A program made the translations under genes and the position numbers. From Kineococcus radiotolerans SRS30216 = ATCC BAA-149 (GTDB taxonomy: Bacteria; Actinomycetota; Actinomycetes; Actinomycetales; Kineococcaceae), in the NCBI RefSeq assembly GCF_000017305.1, contig NC_009664.2, positions 4,680,001 to 4,712,000 on the forward strand: 32,000 nucleotides of DNA. Reading direction: 5' to 3'. The notes beneath the pieces were generated by a model, which was not told where the DNA came from, searched no databases, and saw only the letters and a program-made list of their open reading frames with translations. Position 1 is the stretch's first letter. The number at the start of each line of letters is the position of its first letter. Positions 8,899 to 18,968 of the stretch are shown piece by piece.

Positions 8899-9402
8899 TC
8901 TGAGACGGCTCCGACGTTGCGTCTCAGGTCCTCCACGAATGCTGCAAGGCTCCGTCCGCACGAACAGTTCCCCAGCAAAAGGTCTCTTCTTGCGCGACGG
9001 ACGTGGTCAGCCGAACGACACAGGTGGAGTGAGCAGGTGCCCGTGGGTGCCCGTTGGTGTGGGCGATCTCCCGGCCTTCGAGGGCTGCGGCAGAGGACTC
9101 ATCACTGCATCTGCCGCCGCTGCTGAACCAGGCCAGGAGCTTCCACGGTCGTGTAGGGCCGCGTGCGGACCGTCATCTTAGTTCCGAGCAGGGCTCACTG
9201 CTGGTCACATCCATCAACCCGGTCTTCGCGTCAGCGCAGCCACTCAGTCGCTGCCGTTGGCGAAGATCCGTGCGCGTGCACTCTGGATGACGCTGGGTGC
9301 GCCAGCCACGAGCGCAACGAGAGGGCGGAAGGTCGACGACTCGTCGAGGTCAGTAGGCTTACCGATGTCTGACGGCGCTAGCCTCGCTTAGCGTTCCACC
9401 CC

Positions 9403-9903
9403 ATGAGCACCCCCAAGGATGCCGTCACCACCTCACGTCTGACCGCACCGTTCATCAGCAGCCCCGACGTGCAGGATGCGATCGAGTTCCTCGGTGCTGT
9501 CGAGCGCATCCGCGTCGATGGTCAGCACACAGCAGGTGAGCTAACCGTTCACGACGTGGAAGCTCTACGCGGCCACGGTAGCCCGATGCATCGTCACCTG
9601 CTGGCCAGCGAGACCTTCTTCGTCCTCGAAGGGCAGCTGCGGGTCCTGGTGGATGACATCGACACCCTCGCCGGTCCCGGCACCGCCGCGATCCTGCCAC
9701 CTGGGCACACCCACGGCTTCGTCGTCACCAGCCCCACCGCGCGCTACCTCACCCTGCACACACCCGCAGGCTTCGACGATTTTGTCCGCGCCGCCGGGCA
9801 TCCCGAGGGGTTCTCCGACCCGACGCCGCCTGATCCAGAAGAGTTGACCCGGATCGCCGCGCAGTTCGGCATCGAGATCGTTGGCCCACCGCCCCTGCCG
9901 TGA
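9403..9903 (+). CDS. Cupin domain protein
   Basis: Two-motif cupin signature: GHGSPMHRHLLASETFFVLEG ... LPPGHTHGF. Confidence 0.85.
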   Translation: MSTPKDAVTTSRLTAPFISSPDVQDAIEFLGAVERIRVDGQHTAGELTVHDVEALRGHGSPMHRHLLASETFFVLEGQLRVLVDDIDTLAGPGTAAILPPGHTHGFVVTSPTARYLTLHTPAGFDDFVRAAGHPEGFSDPTPPDPEELTRIAAQFGIEIVGPPPLP

Positions 9904-9914
9904 CTGCGGCCGCA

Positions 9915-9929
9915 GTCACGTGACGGATG
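9915..9929 (+). promoter_or_regulatory. CACGTG-core motif copy C (GTCACGTGACGGATG)
   Basis: Perfect 10-bp palindrome GTCACGTGAC plus GGATG. The 18 nt GCAGTCACGTGACGGATG are identical to the reverse complement of 19408..19425. It lies 12 nt after the cupin stop and 166 nt before the GFA start. Confidence 0.4.
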
Positions 9930-10094
9930 CGCCTGCGACGCCGGTTCACCAGAATTCCACCGCCGAGGGCGCAGAACGCCGGGTCGCCGAGCTCACAGCG
10001 AACGGCAGGACAGCGAGGCGTCGCGTCAGAGAAATTCACCCCATGCGCGCAGCCCGTTGCGGAACAAGAAGTCATCAAAACGAAGGAGCAGTAC

Positions 10095-10556
10095 ATGTCC
10101 GAGAAGTTCACCGGACGTTGCGAATGCAGCGTCATCACGTACGAGTTCACCAAGGCACCCGAATTCGTCGCGAACTGCTACTGCAAGGACTGTCAGAGGT
10201 CCTCCGGAGGTGTCATGGGCAGCTACTTCAGCGTCGCTCAGGAAGACTTCACCCTCCTCAGCGGTAACCCGAAAGGCTACTCCTACGTCGCCGCGAGCGG
10301 GAACACGCTCGTGCGCAACTTCTGTCCCGAGTGCGGGGCTCGCGTCTTCACCGACCACCTCTCAGGGTTTCCGGGTCAGGTGTTCGTGATGCTGGGTAGC
10401 GTCGACGATCCTGAGCGCATCAAGCCGCCGATCATGGAGATCTTCACCAGGGACCGCATCTCCTGGACCAAGGCGCTCGACGTGCCGCAGTATCCCGCCC
10501 GGCCCGACGCAGCTCCCGGATCCCCGGAGGAATCCGCACCTGGCGGCTGCGGCTGA
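10095..10556 (+). CDS. GFA (glutathione-dependent formaldehyde-activating / CENP-V-like) family protein
   Basis: ATG 10095 lies 6 nt after GAAGGAG (10082-10088). The Cys pattern CEC...CYCKDCQ...CPECG is typical of the GFA zinc sites. I trimmed the track ORF (9927) to the RBS-supported start. Confidence 0.85.
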   Translation: MSEKFTGRCECSVITYEFTKAPEFVANCYCKDCQRSSGGVMGSYFSVAQEDFTLLSGNPKGYSYVAASGNTLVRNFCPECGARVFTDHLSGFPGQVFVMLGSVDDPERIKPPIMEIFTRDRISWTKALDVPQYPARPDAAPGSPEESAPGGCG

Positions 10557-11005
10557 TTTTCCTGGACGGTAACGCCGGCCGTGGCCGCAGACACCTGATC
10601 GGGCACAGGTGAGTACCGGTTGCATGACCGGCTCTGGTCCCCGCAGGAAGGTGATGGCCTGCTGAAGCCTGGCGGACCAGCGCCAGAAGAAGCCATCATG
10701 CGGCGGTCTCCTGCGGACCTTTCCGCACGAGGCCGCCGCAGCTCTTCCGCTATCGACCCTGAACCTCCGCCCGGCCGAGCCGGGCATCCGTCGTGTTCGC
10801 GACCAACGAACGAGGTGAATGACCTCGTACACGCCAGGTGGGCACACGCTGCGGCAGCTGCCGCAAGCTCTGACGCACGTCAACGCACAGCTCACAAGAC
10901 AGCACGGCGGTCTGCGGCCATTGCTCGGGACACCGCGCGCTGCCGCGTCCCTGCATCCAGACCACACCCAGCGCAGGCAACGCGCGCGCCAACACCGGAG
11001 GACTC

Positions 11006-12547
11006 GTGGCAACCCCCCAGCTACCTCGCGAACGGATGAACACGCTCGCCCTGATCGTCCTGGCCGCGAACCAGCTCATCATCGCCATCGACTACAACAT
11101 CGTCTACGTCGCACTCCCCTCGCTGGCATCGGACCTGCACTTCACTTCCGCGTCCGTCCAATGGGTGGTCTCCGCCTACGCCTTGGCCTTCGGCGGCTTT
11201 CTCCTCCTGGGCGGCCGTGCTGCCGACCTGCTGGCTCGACGCGCCGTCCTCCTGACGGCCCTCGGCCTCTACGCCGCTGGCTCCCTCCTGGGCGGCCTCG
11301 CACCCAGCCAGCCCCTGCTCATCGCAGCCCGCGTCGTGCAGGGGCTCGGCGGGGCGCTCCTCTTTCCCGTCACCCTCGCGCTCATCAACGCGATCTTCCC
11401 CGAAGGCGCCGCCCGCAACCGCGCCCTGACCGTCTGGAGCGGGGCGGGAGCAGCCGGAGGCGCCATCGGGGCACTCCTGGGAGGCTTGCTGACCAGCTCC
11501 CTCGGGTGGCGCTCCACGTTCTTCGTCGTCGTCCCCTTCGCCCTGGCCGTGGGCCTGCTCGCCCTGCCCGCGCTCGCCGACACCCGGAAACACACACGCA
11601 CCAGCCCACGCGGGGCGTCGCGCGCGTGGAGCCAGTACGACATCCCCGGCAGCGCCACCGCCACGCTGGGGTCGCTGTCCCTGGTCTTCGCCCTCGTTGA
11701 AGGTCCGCAGCAGGGCTGGTCATCACCGGTGACCCTGACGGCGTTCGTGATCGCCGCTCTCTCGCTGGCGCTGTTCCTGCGCATCGAGGCGCGAGCGGCC
11801 CACCCCCTCATGCCACTGACGATGTTCCGCAACCGCAACCTCACGACCGGTGCCCTGCTGACGGGGGTGCACTTCGCCGGCTTCGGTGGTCAGTTCTTCC
11901 TCGTCACCACCTGGCTGCAGGGCGTGCACGGCTTCACCGCCGTGCAGGCCGGTCTGGCGTTCGTCCCCTTGTCCCTCGCCATCGTGGTCGGAACCAGTCT
12001 CGGCGGCCGCCTGGTCGCCCGGATCGGAGCGCAGCGAACGGCGTTCACGGGGCTGATCGCCGGCACCGCGGCGATGGGAGCGCTTGCCCTGCTGCTGCGC
12101 GCCGACCAGGCCTACGTCATGGTGCTGCTGCCCCTGAGCTTGCTCTCCGGCCTGGGGATGGGCACCGCCTGGACGGCTCAGTGGGTCATCGCCTCCACCG
12201 GCGTCCCCGCCGAGCAGCAGGGGGTCGCCAGTGGGGTCGCCAGCACCTCCCAGCAGGTGGGTGGATCCATCGGCCTCGCTGTCCTGATCGCCGTCAGCGC
12301 CGCCGTCACGCACGGTGTTGCCGGACCGGTCCAAGCCGAGGTCGTCACGACCGGACTGCGGTGGGCTTTCGCGTCTGCAGCGCTCCTCCTGGCTGGCGGA
12401 GCGGTGATCGCGCTGCTTGCCTCCCGGCGACCCGTCGGCTCCACCCTCGTCCCGGCAGCCATACCAGTCCCCGCCCCCGCCGGTACCCCTGCCCCTGTCG
12501 CCGCTGGCGCCGACGAGGGCGACGCGGGCTCAGTCACCGCGCGCTGA
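11006..12547 (+). CDS. MFS transporter, DHA2 (EmrB/QacA-like, 14-TMS type)
   Basis: Many hydrophobic helices, a motif-A-like GGRAADLLARR and a DYNIVYVALPS N-terminal block. The start could instead be ATG 11036 (MNTLALIVL). Confidence 0.9.
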   Translation: MATPQLPRERMNTLALIVLAANQLIIAIDYNIVYVALPSLASDLHFTSASVQWVVSAYALAFGGFLLLGGRAADLLARRAVLLTALGLYAAGSLLGGLAPSQPLLIAARVVQGLGGALLFPVTLALINAIFPEGAARNRALTVWSGAGAAGGAIGALLGGLLTSSLGWRSTFFVVVPFALAVGLLALPALADTRKHTRTSPRGASRAWSQYDIPGSATATLGSLSLVFALVEGPQQGWSSPVTLTAFVIAALSLALFLRIEARAAHPLMPLTMFRNRNLTTGALLTGVHFAGFGGQFFLVTTWLQGVHGFTAVQAGLAFVPLSLAIVVGTSLGGRLVARIGAQRTAFTGLIAGTAAMGALALLLRADQAYVMVLLPLSLLSGLGMGTAWTAQWVIASTGVPAEQQGVASGVASTSQQVGGSIGLAVLIAVSAAVTHGVAGPVQAEVVTTGLRWAFASAALLLAGGAVIALLASRRPVGSTLVPAAIPVPAPAGTPAPVAAGADEGDAGSVTAR

Positions 12548-13186
12548 GTCATGCCGCCTCCGCAGGGCACCCGGCCTGAAGGCTGGTGCCAGTCCGCTTG
12601 CGCCCCTCGCGGCACCCTGCGCGTCGTCCAGGTGTGGGGCTGCGGCGGACGTCGCGCGAGCTCTAGGCCGACAGGAGCCGGACCCCGGCCCGCATGCGGG
12701 AGGGGCACGCGTGAGCGCAACGCCTGCCTGAGCTGCAAGCTCGGGGTGCGGACGACGTGGTGTCAGCCTGGAGTCCCGCTCCCGCTTGGAGCGGTACGGG
12801 CGCGGCGGGGCGGCGCTGCAGCGGGTTGACCCAGCAGGGCGCGTGTTGCCGCGCTCGGCAACCAGGACTCCACTTCCTGCGACCTTCAGCCGATCGACGC
12901 CAATCGTGCTGGCGCTGTGCCTACTGGCGCGCCCGCGGCCGAGCCGGCGCGGGCGGGGGTGGTGGCACGGCGGCGCCGACGCGCTCGCCGCGTTGAAGCG
13001 GGTCCAAGGTGACCCGTTGCACGACCTCTGGCGCGACTCCGTGCACGACACGGCAGGCGTGCGTGGGACTTTTGCCATGTCAGCCGCCCGATGGGACGCT
13101 GAGCCCGGCCCGCGCCGGCGCGTGGCCTCGCTGGGCACGAGCGGCGAGCAACCGGCGTTGGTCGTCACCACCGCGGCGGGACGCCA

Positions 13187-16033
13187 GTGCCCGCGGCCAG
13201 CGGCGAGGTGGTGGGGGAACAGACCAGAGTGATCGGCCGAGAACGTGAGCTGGCGGAGCTGCGTGAGCTGCTCGAGCTCGTCATGGCCGCCGGGAGCGGT
13301 CGCGCGGTGGTGGTCGAAGGTGAGCCCGGCATCGGCAAGAGCGCGCTGGTCGCCGCTCTGACCGGCGTGGCTGTCGCGGCGGGCTTCCAGCCGTTGCGGT
13401 GCGCGGGCTTCCAGCGCCAGGCTCTGGTGGGTTTCGCCGCGCTGCACGAGCTGGTGCATCCGGTGCTGGACCGGGTCCCCGCGCTGCCCCCTCGCCAGCG
13501 GGCGGCGTTGTTGACCGCCTTCGGCCTGCAAGAGGGACCCGCGCCGGACCGGCTGCTCATCGCCCTTGCGGTGCTGGGGCTGCTGGAGGAGGTGGCCGCC
13601 ACTCGGCCGCTGCTGCTCGTCGTGGAGGACGCCCAGTGGTTGGACGTCTCCAGCGCGGGGGTGGTGGGTTTCGTCGCCCGGCGACTGCACACGGCCCCGA
13701 TCGCCCTGGTGGCCACCACCCGCACCACCAGCGGCGGCGAGGTCGCCCTCGAGCGCACCCGCGAGGTGCTGAACCTCGGCGGTGCCGAGCACCTGCACGT
13801 GCCGCCGCTGTCGGCCGAGCACTCCGAGCGGCTCCTGAGCACCCTGGACACGCCGCCCGCCGTCTTGACCCGCGCCGTGCGGCAACGGGTGCTCGAGGAG
13901 GCGGGCGGGAACCCGCTGGCGCTGCGCGAGTTCGTTCACGCTCAGCGCGCCCGCGGCGGGGACGAGGCGGTGCCCCTGGGTGTGCCGCTGCCCACCACCC
14001 GCCGCCTGGAGGCGGCGTACCTCGCCGAGGTGGCCGACCTGCCAGCCGCCAGCGGTACCTTGCTGCTGTTGGCCGCCGCCGGTGAGGAGCTCACCCTGCC
14101 GGAGCTGCTCGCGGCCGGACACGAGCTGGGGCTGACGCCCCAGGACTTGATCCCGCTGGAGCGGACGGACCTGGTGAGCGTCGTGGCGGACCGGCTGCAG
14201 CTGCGCCACCCCCTGCTGCGCTCGGCCATCTACGGCGCGGCGTCCTCGATCGAGCGCATCGAGGCGCACCGGGTGCTCGCCGGAGCCGTGCGCGACGGCA
14301 GCCGGGCCGCCTGCCACCGGGCCGCGGCCACCGTGGAGCCCGACGAGTCCGTGGCCGCCGAGCTGGAAGCCGCCGCCACCCGGGGAGCGCAGCGCGGGGC
14401 GCGGGCCGAAGCGGCCGCCGCCTTGCGCCGAGCCAGCGAGCTGTCGGTGCAGGGGGAGGACCAAGCGCGACGCATGGTGCAGGCAGCCGAGCTGGCCCGC
14501 CAGGCCGGCAGCCTGGCCCAGGCCGAGCAGATCCTCACCGAGATGCTGACCCTGCCCATGTCGCCGCAGCACCGCGCCGAGCGGACGCACGTGCGGCGCC
14601 TGCTGGGGTACTACCAGGGCGAAGACCACAGCGACCCCAGCGACGAGCTCGCCTACGCGCGGGAGCTCGCCGGGCCCTCCGGCACCGAACACCCCGAGGA
14701 GCGCATCACCATCCTGACCACCGTGGCGTTCGGCGTCATCCACCACTACAGCGGTGACCTCGCCGTAGACGAAGCGGTGCGGCGTCGCGTGCACGACGAG
14801 CTGGCCGCGGTGAAGCCGCCGAGCTGGAGCGGTCCGCAGCAGCTGGGGCTGGCGGTGCTCGACCCGCTGGCGCACGCGGCAGCAGTGCGGCCCGCGCTGC
14901 CCCGGATCCTGCAGCAGCCGCCGCCGGTGTTCTTCTTCCTGCTCTCCGTCGCGATGACGGCGGAACTCCTGCAGGACCTGCCCACGGCACGTCGGGCGTG
15001 GATCATGGCCGCCGAGGCGTTCCAGCGCGCGGGCTCCTCCAGCGACGTCGTCCGGGCGTTGGACGCGCTGGCCGTCCTGCACGTCATCGCCGGGGACCTG
15101 TCCGAGGCGCTGGCCACGGCGGAGCAGGCCCGGCGCACGGCCCTGGACCTCGAGTTCCCGCTGGTCGCGGCGTCCGCGGAGGCCACCGCGGCCCAGGTGC
15201 ACGTGTGGACCGGGCATCCGACGCTGGCGACCGAGGCGCTGGGGCGCAGTCGGGCGCTGCTCACCGGAGCCCGGATCCCGAACGTGACGGCGGGCATAGC
15301 CTGGGCGGCCGGGTCGCTAGCGCTGCACGAGGGGCGTCCCCTCGATGCCGTGGCTGAACTGCGCGGGGTCGTCGTGGATCGCGCCTACGCGCAGTGGGCG
15401 GTGGCGGATCTGACCGAGGCCGCCGTGCGTGCGGGCGAACCGGAATCGGCTCGCGAACTCCTCGCGGACGCCGAGGAGGCCGCTCGCGAGCTCGGCTCGC
15501 CGCACCTGCAGATGCTGGTGCACCGCAGCCGGGCCCTACTGGCCGACGGGGGCGAGGCGGAGGGGCATTACGAGGCCGCGCTCGCCGCGGGCGCCCACAG
15601 CGACGCCCCCCTGGAACTGGCCCGCACCCACCTGCTCTACGGCGAGTGGTTGCGCCGGGCGCGACGGGTGCTGGAGGCGCGCGAGCACCTGACCGTCGCG
15701 CTCGAGGCGCTGCACGCGGCCGGTGCCGGGGCAGGTCCCCTGGCCCTGCGGGCCTCGGCCGAGCTCGCGGCCGCCGGCGCCGTCCCCGCGAGCCGTCCGG
15801 CCCCGCCAACCGCACCCTCGTCGCCCACCGCCTCGTCGCTGACCGCGCAGGAGCTGCAGATCGCCCGGCTGGCGGCGCAGGGATTGACGAACAAGGAGAT
15901 CGCCGACCGGATCTACCTCTCACACCGCACCGTGTCCACGCACCTCTACAAGGTGTTCCCCAAGCTCGGCATCACCAACCGCCGTCAGTTGCGCGAGGTG
16001 CTGCTCGGTGATGGTTCCTCTGCCTCGAGGTGA
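13187..16033 (+). CDS. LAL-family (MalT-like, large ATP-binding LuxR) transcriptional regulator, paralogue 1
   Basis: Walker A is GEPGIGKS and Walker B is LLLVVEDAQWLD, followed by a long helical-repeat middle. The C-terminal LuxR HTH is LTAQELQIARLAAQGLTNKEIADRIYLSHRTVSTHLYKVFPKLGI. The conserved block shared with the paralogue begins at VIGRERELA (GTG 13229), so the true start may be 13187-13229. Confidence 0.9.
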   Translation: MPAASGEVVGEQTRVIGRERELAELRELLELVMAAGSGRAVVVEGEPGIGKSALVAALTGVAVAAGFQPLRCAGFQRQALVGFAALHELVHPVLDRVPALPPRQRAALLTAFGLQEGPAPDRLLIALAVLGLLEEVAATRPLLLVVEDAQWLDVSSAGVVGFVARRLHTAPIALVATTRTTSGGEVALERTREVLNLGGAEHLHVPPLSAEHSERLLSTLDTPPAVLTRAVRQRVLEEAGGNPLALREFVHAQRARGGDEAVPLGVPLPTTRRLEAAYLAEVADLPAASGTLLLLAAAGEELTLPELLAAGHELGLTPQDLIPLERTDLVSVVADRLQLRHPLLRSAIYGAASSIERIEAHRVLAGAVRDGSRAACHRAAATVEPDESVAAELEAAATRGAQRGARAEAAAALRRASELSVQGEDQARRMVQAAELARQAGSLAQAEQILTEMLTLPMSPQHRAERTHVRRLLGYYQGEDHSDPSDELAYARELAGPSGTEHPEERITILTTVAFGVIHHYSGDLAVDEAVRRRVHDELAAVKPPSWSGPQQLGLAVLDPLAHAAAVRPALPRILQQPPPVFFFLLSVAMTAELLQDLPTARRAWIMAAEAFQRAGSSSDVVRALDALAVLHVIAGDLSEALATAEQARRTALDLEFPLVAASAEATAAQVHVWTGHPTLATEALGRSRALLTGARIPNVTAGIAWAAGSLALHEGRPLDAVAELRGVVVDRAYAQWAVADLTEAAVRAGEPESARELLADAEEAARELGSPHLQMLVHRSRALLADGGEAEGHYEAALAAGAHSDAPLELARTHLLYGEWLRRARRVLEAREHLTVALEALHAAGAGAGPLALRASAELAAAGAVPASRPAPPTAPSSPTASSLTAQELQIARLAAQGLTNKEIADRIYLSHRTVSTHLYKVFPKLGITNRRQLREVLLGDGSSASR

Positions 16034-16960
16034 CGGTGAGTCCCGGGCAGGCTCCCTGTGGGCGAGTCCTCACGGGTGCCCCAGGGAAGAGGCGCGTGCG
16101 GGGACTGGCCCCTCGCTGGACTGCGTCCCGGTGCGCGATCCAGCGCGGGGCGGCGCTGACGGGCTCGAGGAGGAGCCGTCCGCCGGACCGCCTTCGGGTG
16201 CGCGGCCGCCGGATGGTTGGGTTCGAAACGTCGTCCACGCTGGAAGGGTCCCGGCGTCGCCCCCAGCGAGCTCGGATCCTCGCCGGATGCCGGCCCCAGC
16301 TCGATCCCGACCGCTGCTCCCGCTGCGCGCCCAGCAGGTGAACTCGACGGCGGTCGCACCCGTCACGACGCGGTCGGTCATCACTACCAAGAGCACGCGG
16401 TCCCCCCCATCGGTCGACCACCCCGTACAGCGACGGGCGTTCTCCACCGCCGCGGTGATCGTGGTGGGCCAGCCACCCGACCGCTCCGCCCACGCCGGGG
16501 AGAGATCGGCTCGATCGCCCGCACCTTTCCACCGCAGGGTCCGTGGCGGCTTTCCGAGGACCTCCCGCCCTGCACGCGCTACCGGGTCGCTTCCGCCAGC
16601 AGGCCGCCTGCGAGCCTTCCGCACCATCGTCGACGGCGTCCGCGCTCCGGCCTGCGCTTCGACGCACTCCCGGACCCCGGGTGGACCCGGCACGGGCGTG
16701 CCGGAACCGTCGCCCTCATGGTCGACGGTCTCGCGACACAACTCTTGGCGTCGGCGTGCGGTCGAGGAGGCGTGCTGCGGCCGGTCGATCTCCGTCGGCG
16801 GCTCGTCGGGGCCCGGTCGGTGTGGGCCACGACCCCGCCCGCACTCGGCCGCTGCGGCGCGCCGCAGCGGCCGAGTGCGGGCGTCGGACTCGCACGGACG
16901 CGGTGGCGCGGAGCGACCTCACCGCCGAGCGCCCAGCCCCTCGGCGAAGGCGGCTCGCCC

Positions 16961-17566
16961 TCACCCCTGCAGGAGGAGATCGAGGGTAGGCAGAGGCCCC
17001 CCGGGGAACTGCTGCAGGCGGCCGCCGACCGCGAGCGGGCCGAGGTCGACGGGCGCCCAGCCCGCCGCGTGGACCAGGGTCGCCACCTCCCGGTTCGCAC
17101 CGGGGTGATCCCCGGAGAGGAACACCACGCGCCGTCCGGCGCCCGTGCGCGGCTCAGCGGCGAGCGCCGCGGGAGCGAGGGTGTTGAACGCCTTGACCAG
17201 CCGGGCGCCGGCGACCAGGTCCTGCACCACCTCGCTGGAGGTGCGTCCGCCGAGGTCAGCGACGCGGAAGTCGGGCGGTTCCAGGGGGTTGGTCGTGTCG
17301 ACCACGATGCGGTCCCGCCAGTCGGCGACGCCGGCCGCGTCCACCGCCGCCGGCACCTGGCTCCATGGGACGGCCAGCACCACGGTGTCGGCGGCCCCCG
17401 CCTCGGCGACGGTGCCGGGGTGCAGGTTCGACCCCAGCTCCGACGCCAGCTGCGCCAGCGACTGCGGGCCCCGGCTGTTGCTGATGACGACCTCCTGGCC
17501 GGCGGCGGTGAAGCGGGCCGCCAAGGCCTGCCCGATCGCGCCGGCACCGATGATGCCCCAGCTCAT
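16961..17566 (-). CDS. NAD(P)-binding oxidoreductase, F420-dependent NADP oxidoreductase (NpdG-like) family
   Basis: Rossmann motif WGIIGAGAIG. It is a paralogue of 1028..1675 and the last gene of a three-gene minus-strand operon. Confidence 0.85.
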   Translation of the reverse strand: MSWGIIGAGAIGQALAARFTAAGQEVVISNSRGPQSLAQLASELGSNLHPGTVAEAGAADTVVLAVPWSQVPAAVDAAGVADWRDRIVVDTTNPLEPPDFRVADLGGRTSSEVVQDLVAGARLVKAFNTLAPAALAAEPRTGAGRRVVFLSGDHPGANREVATLVHAAGWAPVDLGPLAVGGRLQQFPGGPLPTLDLLLQG

Positions 17567-17615
17567 CGAACGTCTCCCTCGATCCCTGTTCTGGTTGTGG
17601 TTGCGGTGGTGCGGG

Positions 17616-18968
17616 TCACGGCTGCGAGGGGCGGCGGTCCGTCCAGTCGAAGACGATCCGTCGTTCGGCGATGCGCCAGCCCTCCGCGGTCCGTTCGAAG
17701 GTGTCCAGGTAGCGGATGGCCATGGTCAGCAGCACGCGCTGCCCGTCCTGCCGGAGCAGGTGGTGGGCCATGCAGTACGTCTCGGCGCTCGCTGAGCCGC
17801 CGGCGACGTCGATGTCGCTCTGGCCGTTGAAGTAGGTGGTGGCCTCGTACTGCGCAATCAGACCGGCGAACGTCGCGGCGAGCGCCTCGCGGCCGTGGAC
17901 GGTCTGCACCGGGTCGGCCTGCGCGGGGTCGCTCTCGAAGAGCAGCACCCGAGCGTCCTCGCTGAACACCGCTGCCTGCCGGGTCGGGTCGCGCCGATCG
18001 GCGTGGTGGGCGTAAGCGTTGATGAGGCGCTGGATCGCCTCGCGGTCGGAACGGACGTCGGGGTCGCTCTGGATGGTGCTCACGCCGGCTCCTCGGTGCG
18101 GGTTCGGAAAGGGGGAAGGTCGTTGCTGCGAGGCCAGGAAGGCGGGGAAGTCGTGAACCCCCGGGTGCAGCCGCCGGGTGAGCGGTCGGTCCGCGCGGTA
18201 GGCGGGAAAGCGTGCCAGCCAAGCGAACATCGCCCGGAAGTCCTCGTCGGCCACGGCCTCGACCGGGGTCGGCTCGAACCGCCCGGCGAGCCCGTACCGG
18301 CGACCCAGGTGCTCGGCGATCTGCTCGGCGCTCAGCTCATCACCGGCGACCTCGACGGCACCGGCCCCCGCCAGATCCGGGCGGACGAGCAGGGCGGCCG
18401 AGACGGCGCCGACGTCCAGGGCCGAGATCAGCTGCAGGGGCGTGTGCGGGCGCAGCGGTGCCCGTAGCACCAGGTCGTCCCCCTCGCGCACGGGGGCCAT
18501 CGACTGCAGGAAGTTCTCCATGAAGAACACCGGGCGGACCACCACCGCTGGCACGCCGCTGGCGCGCAGGTGCTCCTCGACGGCCCACTTGCTCTCGAAG
18601 TGGGGGACGCCGGAGCAGCGTTCGGCGCCTCCGACGGAGCTGTACACCAGGTGCGGGACCCGTGCGGCGGCGGCCGCGTCGACGACGGCCCGCCCCTGCA
18701 CCACCTCCCCGGCGGGGCCGCGGGCGGCGAAGACGGTCATGACGAACAACGCGCTGACGCCGCTGAAGGCCTCGTGCAGGCTCACCGGGTCGTCGGTGTC
18801 GGCGTGCGCCACGCGCACGCCCGGCAGTTCCGCCAGGGCGGCGGCCGCCATGGGGCGGCGCATGAGGGCGCGCACCGGCACGCCCGCTCCCGAGAGCGCC
18901 CGGACCACCGCAGAACCCTGTTGCCCGCTCGCCCCGAGGACACCGACCTCACCTCGCTGCTCCCTCAC
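17616..18968 (-). CDS. NmrA-like NAD(P)-binding protein fused in frame to a SnoaL_4/NTF2-like domain
   Basis: GTG 18968 overlaps the stop of the upstream gene (GTGA). The NmrA-type N-terminus is VGVLGASGQQGSAVVRAL, and no stop separates it from the C-terminal NTF2-like part (DREAIQRLINAYAHHADRRD...). An internal GTG at 18083 with GAGGAG upstream could also express the NTF2 part alone. Confidence 0.7.
   Translation of the reverse strand: MREQRGEVGVLGASGQQGSAVVRALSGAGVPVRALMRRPMAAAALAELPGVRVAHADTDDPVSLHEAFSGVSALFVMTVFAARGPAGEVVQGRAVVDAAAAARVPHLVYSSVGGAERCSGVPHFESKWAVEEHLRASGVPAVVVRPVFFMENFLQSMAPVREGDDLVLRAPLRPHTPLQLISALDVGAVSAALLVRPDLAGAGAVEVAGDELSAEQIAEHLGRRYGLAGRFEPTPVEAVADEDFRAMFAWLARFPAYRADRPLTRRLHPGVHDFPAFLASQQRPSPFPNPHRGAGVSTIQSDPDVRSDREAIQRLINAYAHHADRRDPTRQAAVFSEDARVLLFESDPAQADPVQTVHGREALAATFAGLIAQYEATTYFNGQSDIDVAGGSASAETYCMAHHLLRQDGQRVLLTMAIRYLDTFERTAEGWRIAERRIVFDWTDRRPSQP

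Noticed and set aside
9165-9185. aagATGACGGTCCGCACG on the minus strand resembling the MTVR reading of the array repeat
   Set aside because: Only GATGAC is shared with the repeat and the GCGGG left half is absent. I treated it as coincidence.
12566-12590. Hairpin GGCACC-N13-GGTGCC after the MFS stop as a terminator
   Set aside because: The stem is short, the loop is large and no T-tract follows, so it is too weak to call.
12530-15217. 895-aa ORF on the minus strand
   Set aside because: It lies entirely antisense to the well-supported LAL gene. It is Gly/Arg/Pro/Gln-rich with no domain features, the typical shadow ORF of a very GC-rich coding region.
16008-17830. Long + strand ORFs 16008..17108 and 16217..17830
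   Set aside because: Arg/Pro/Ser-rich shadow sequence. The second is antisense to the oxidoreductase gene 16961..17566.
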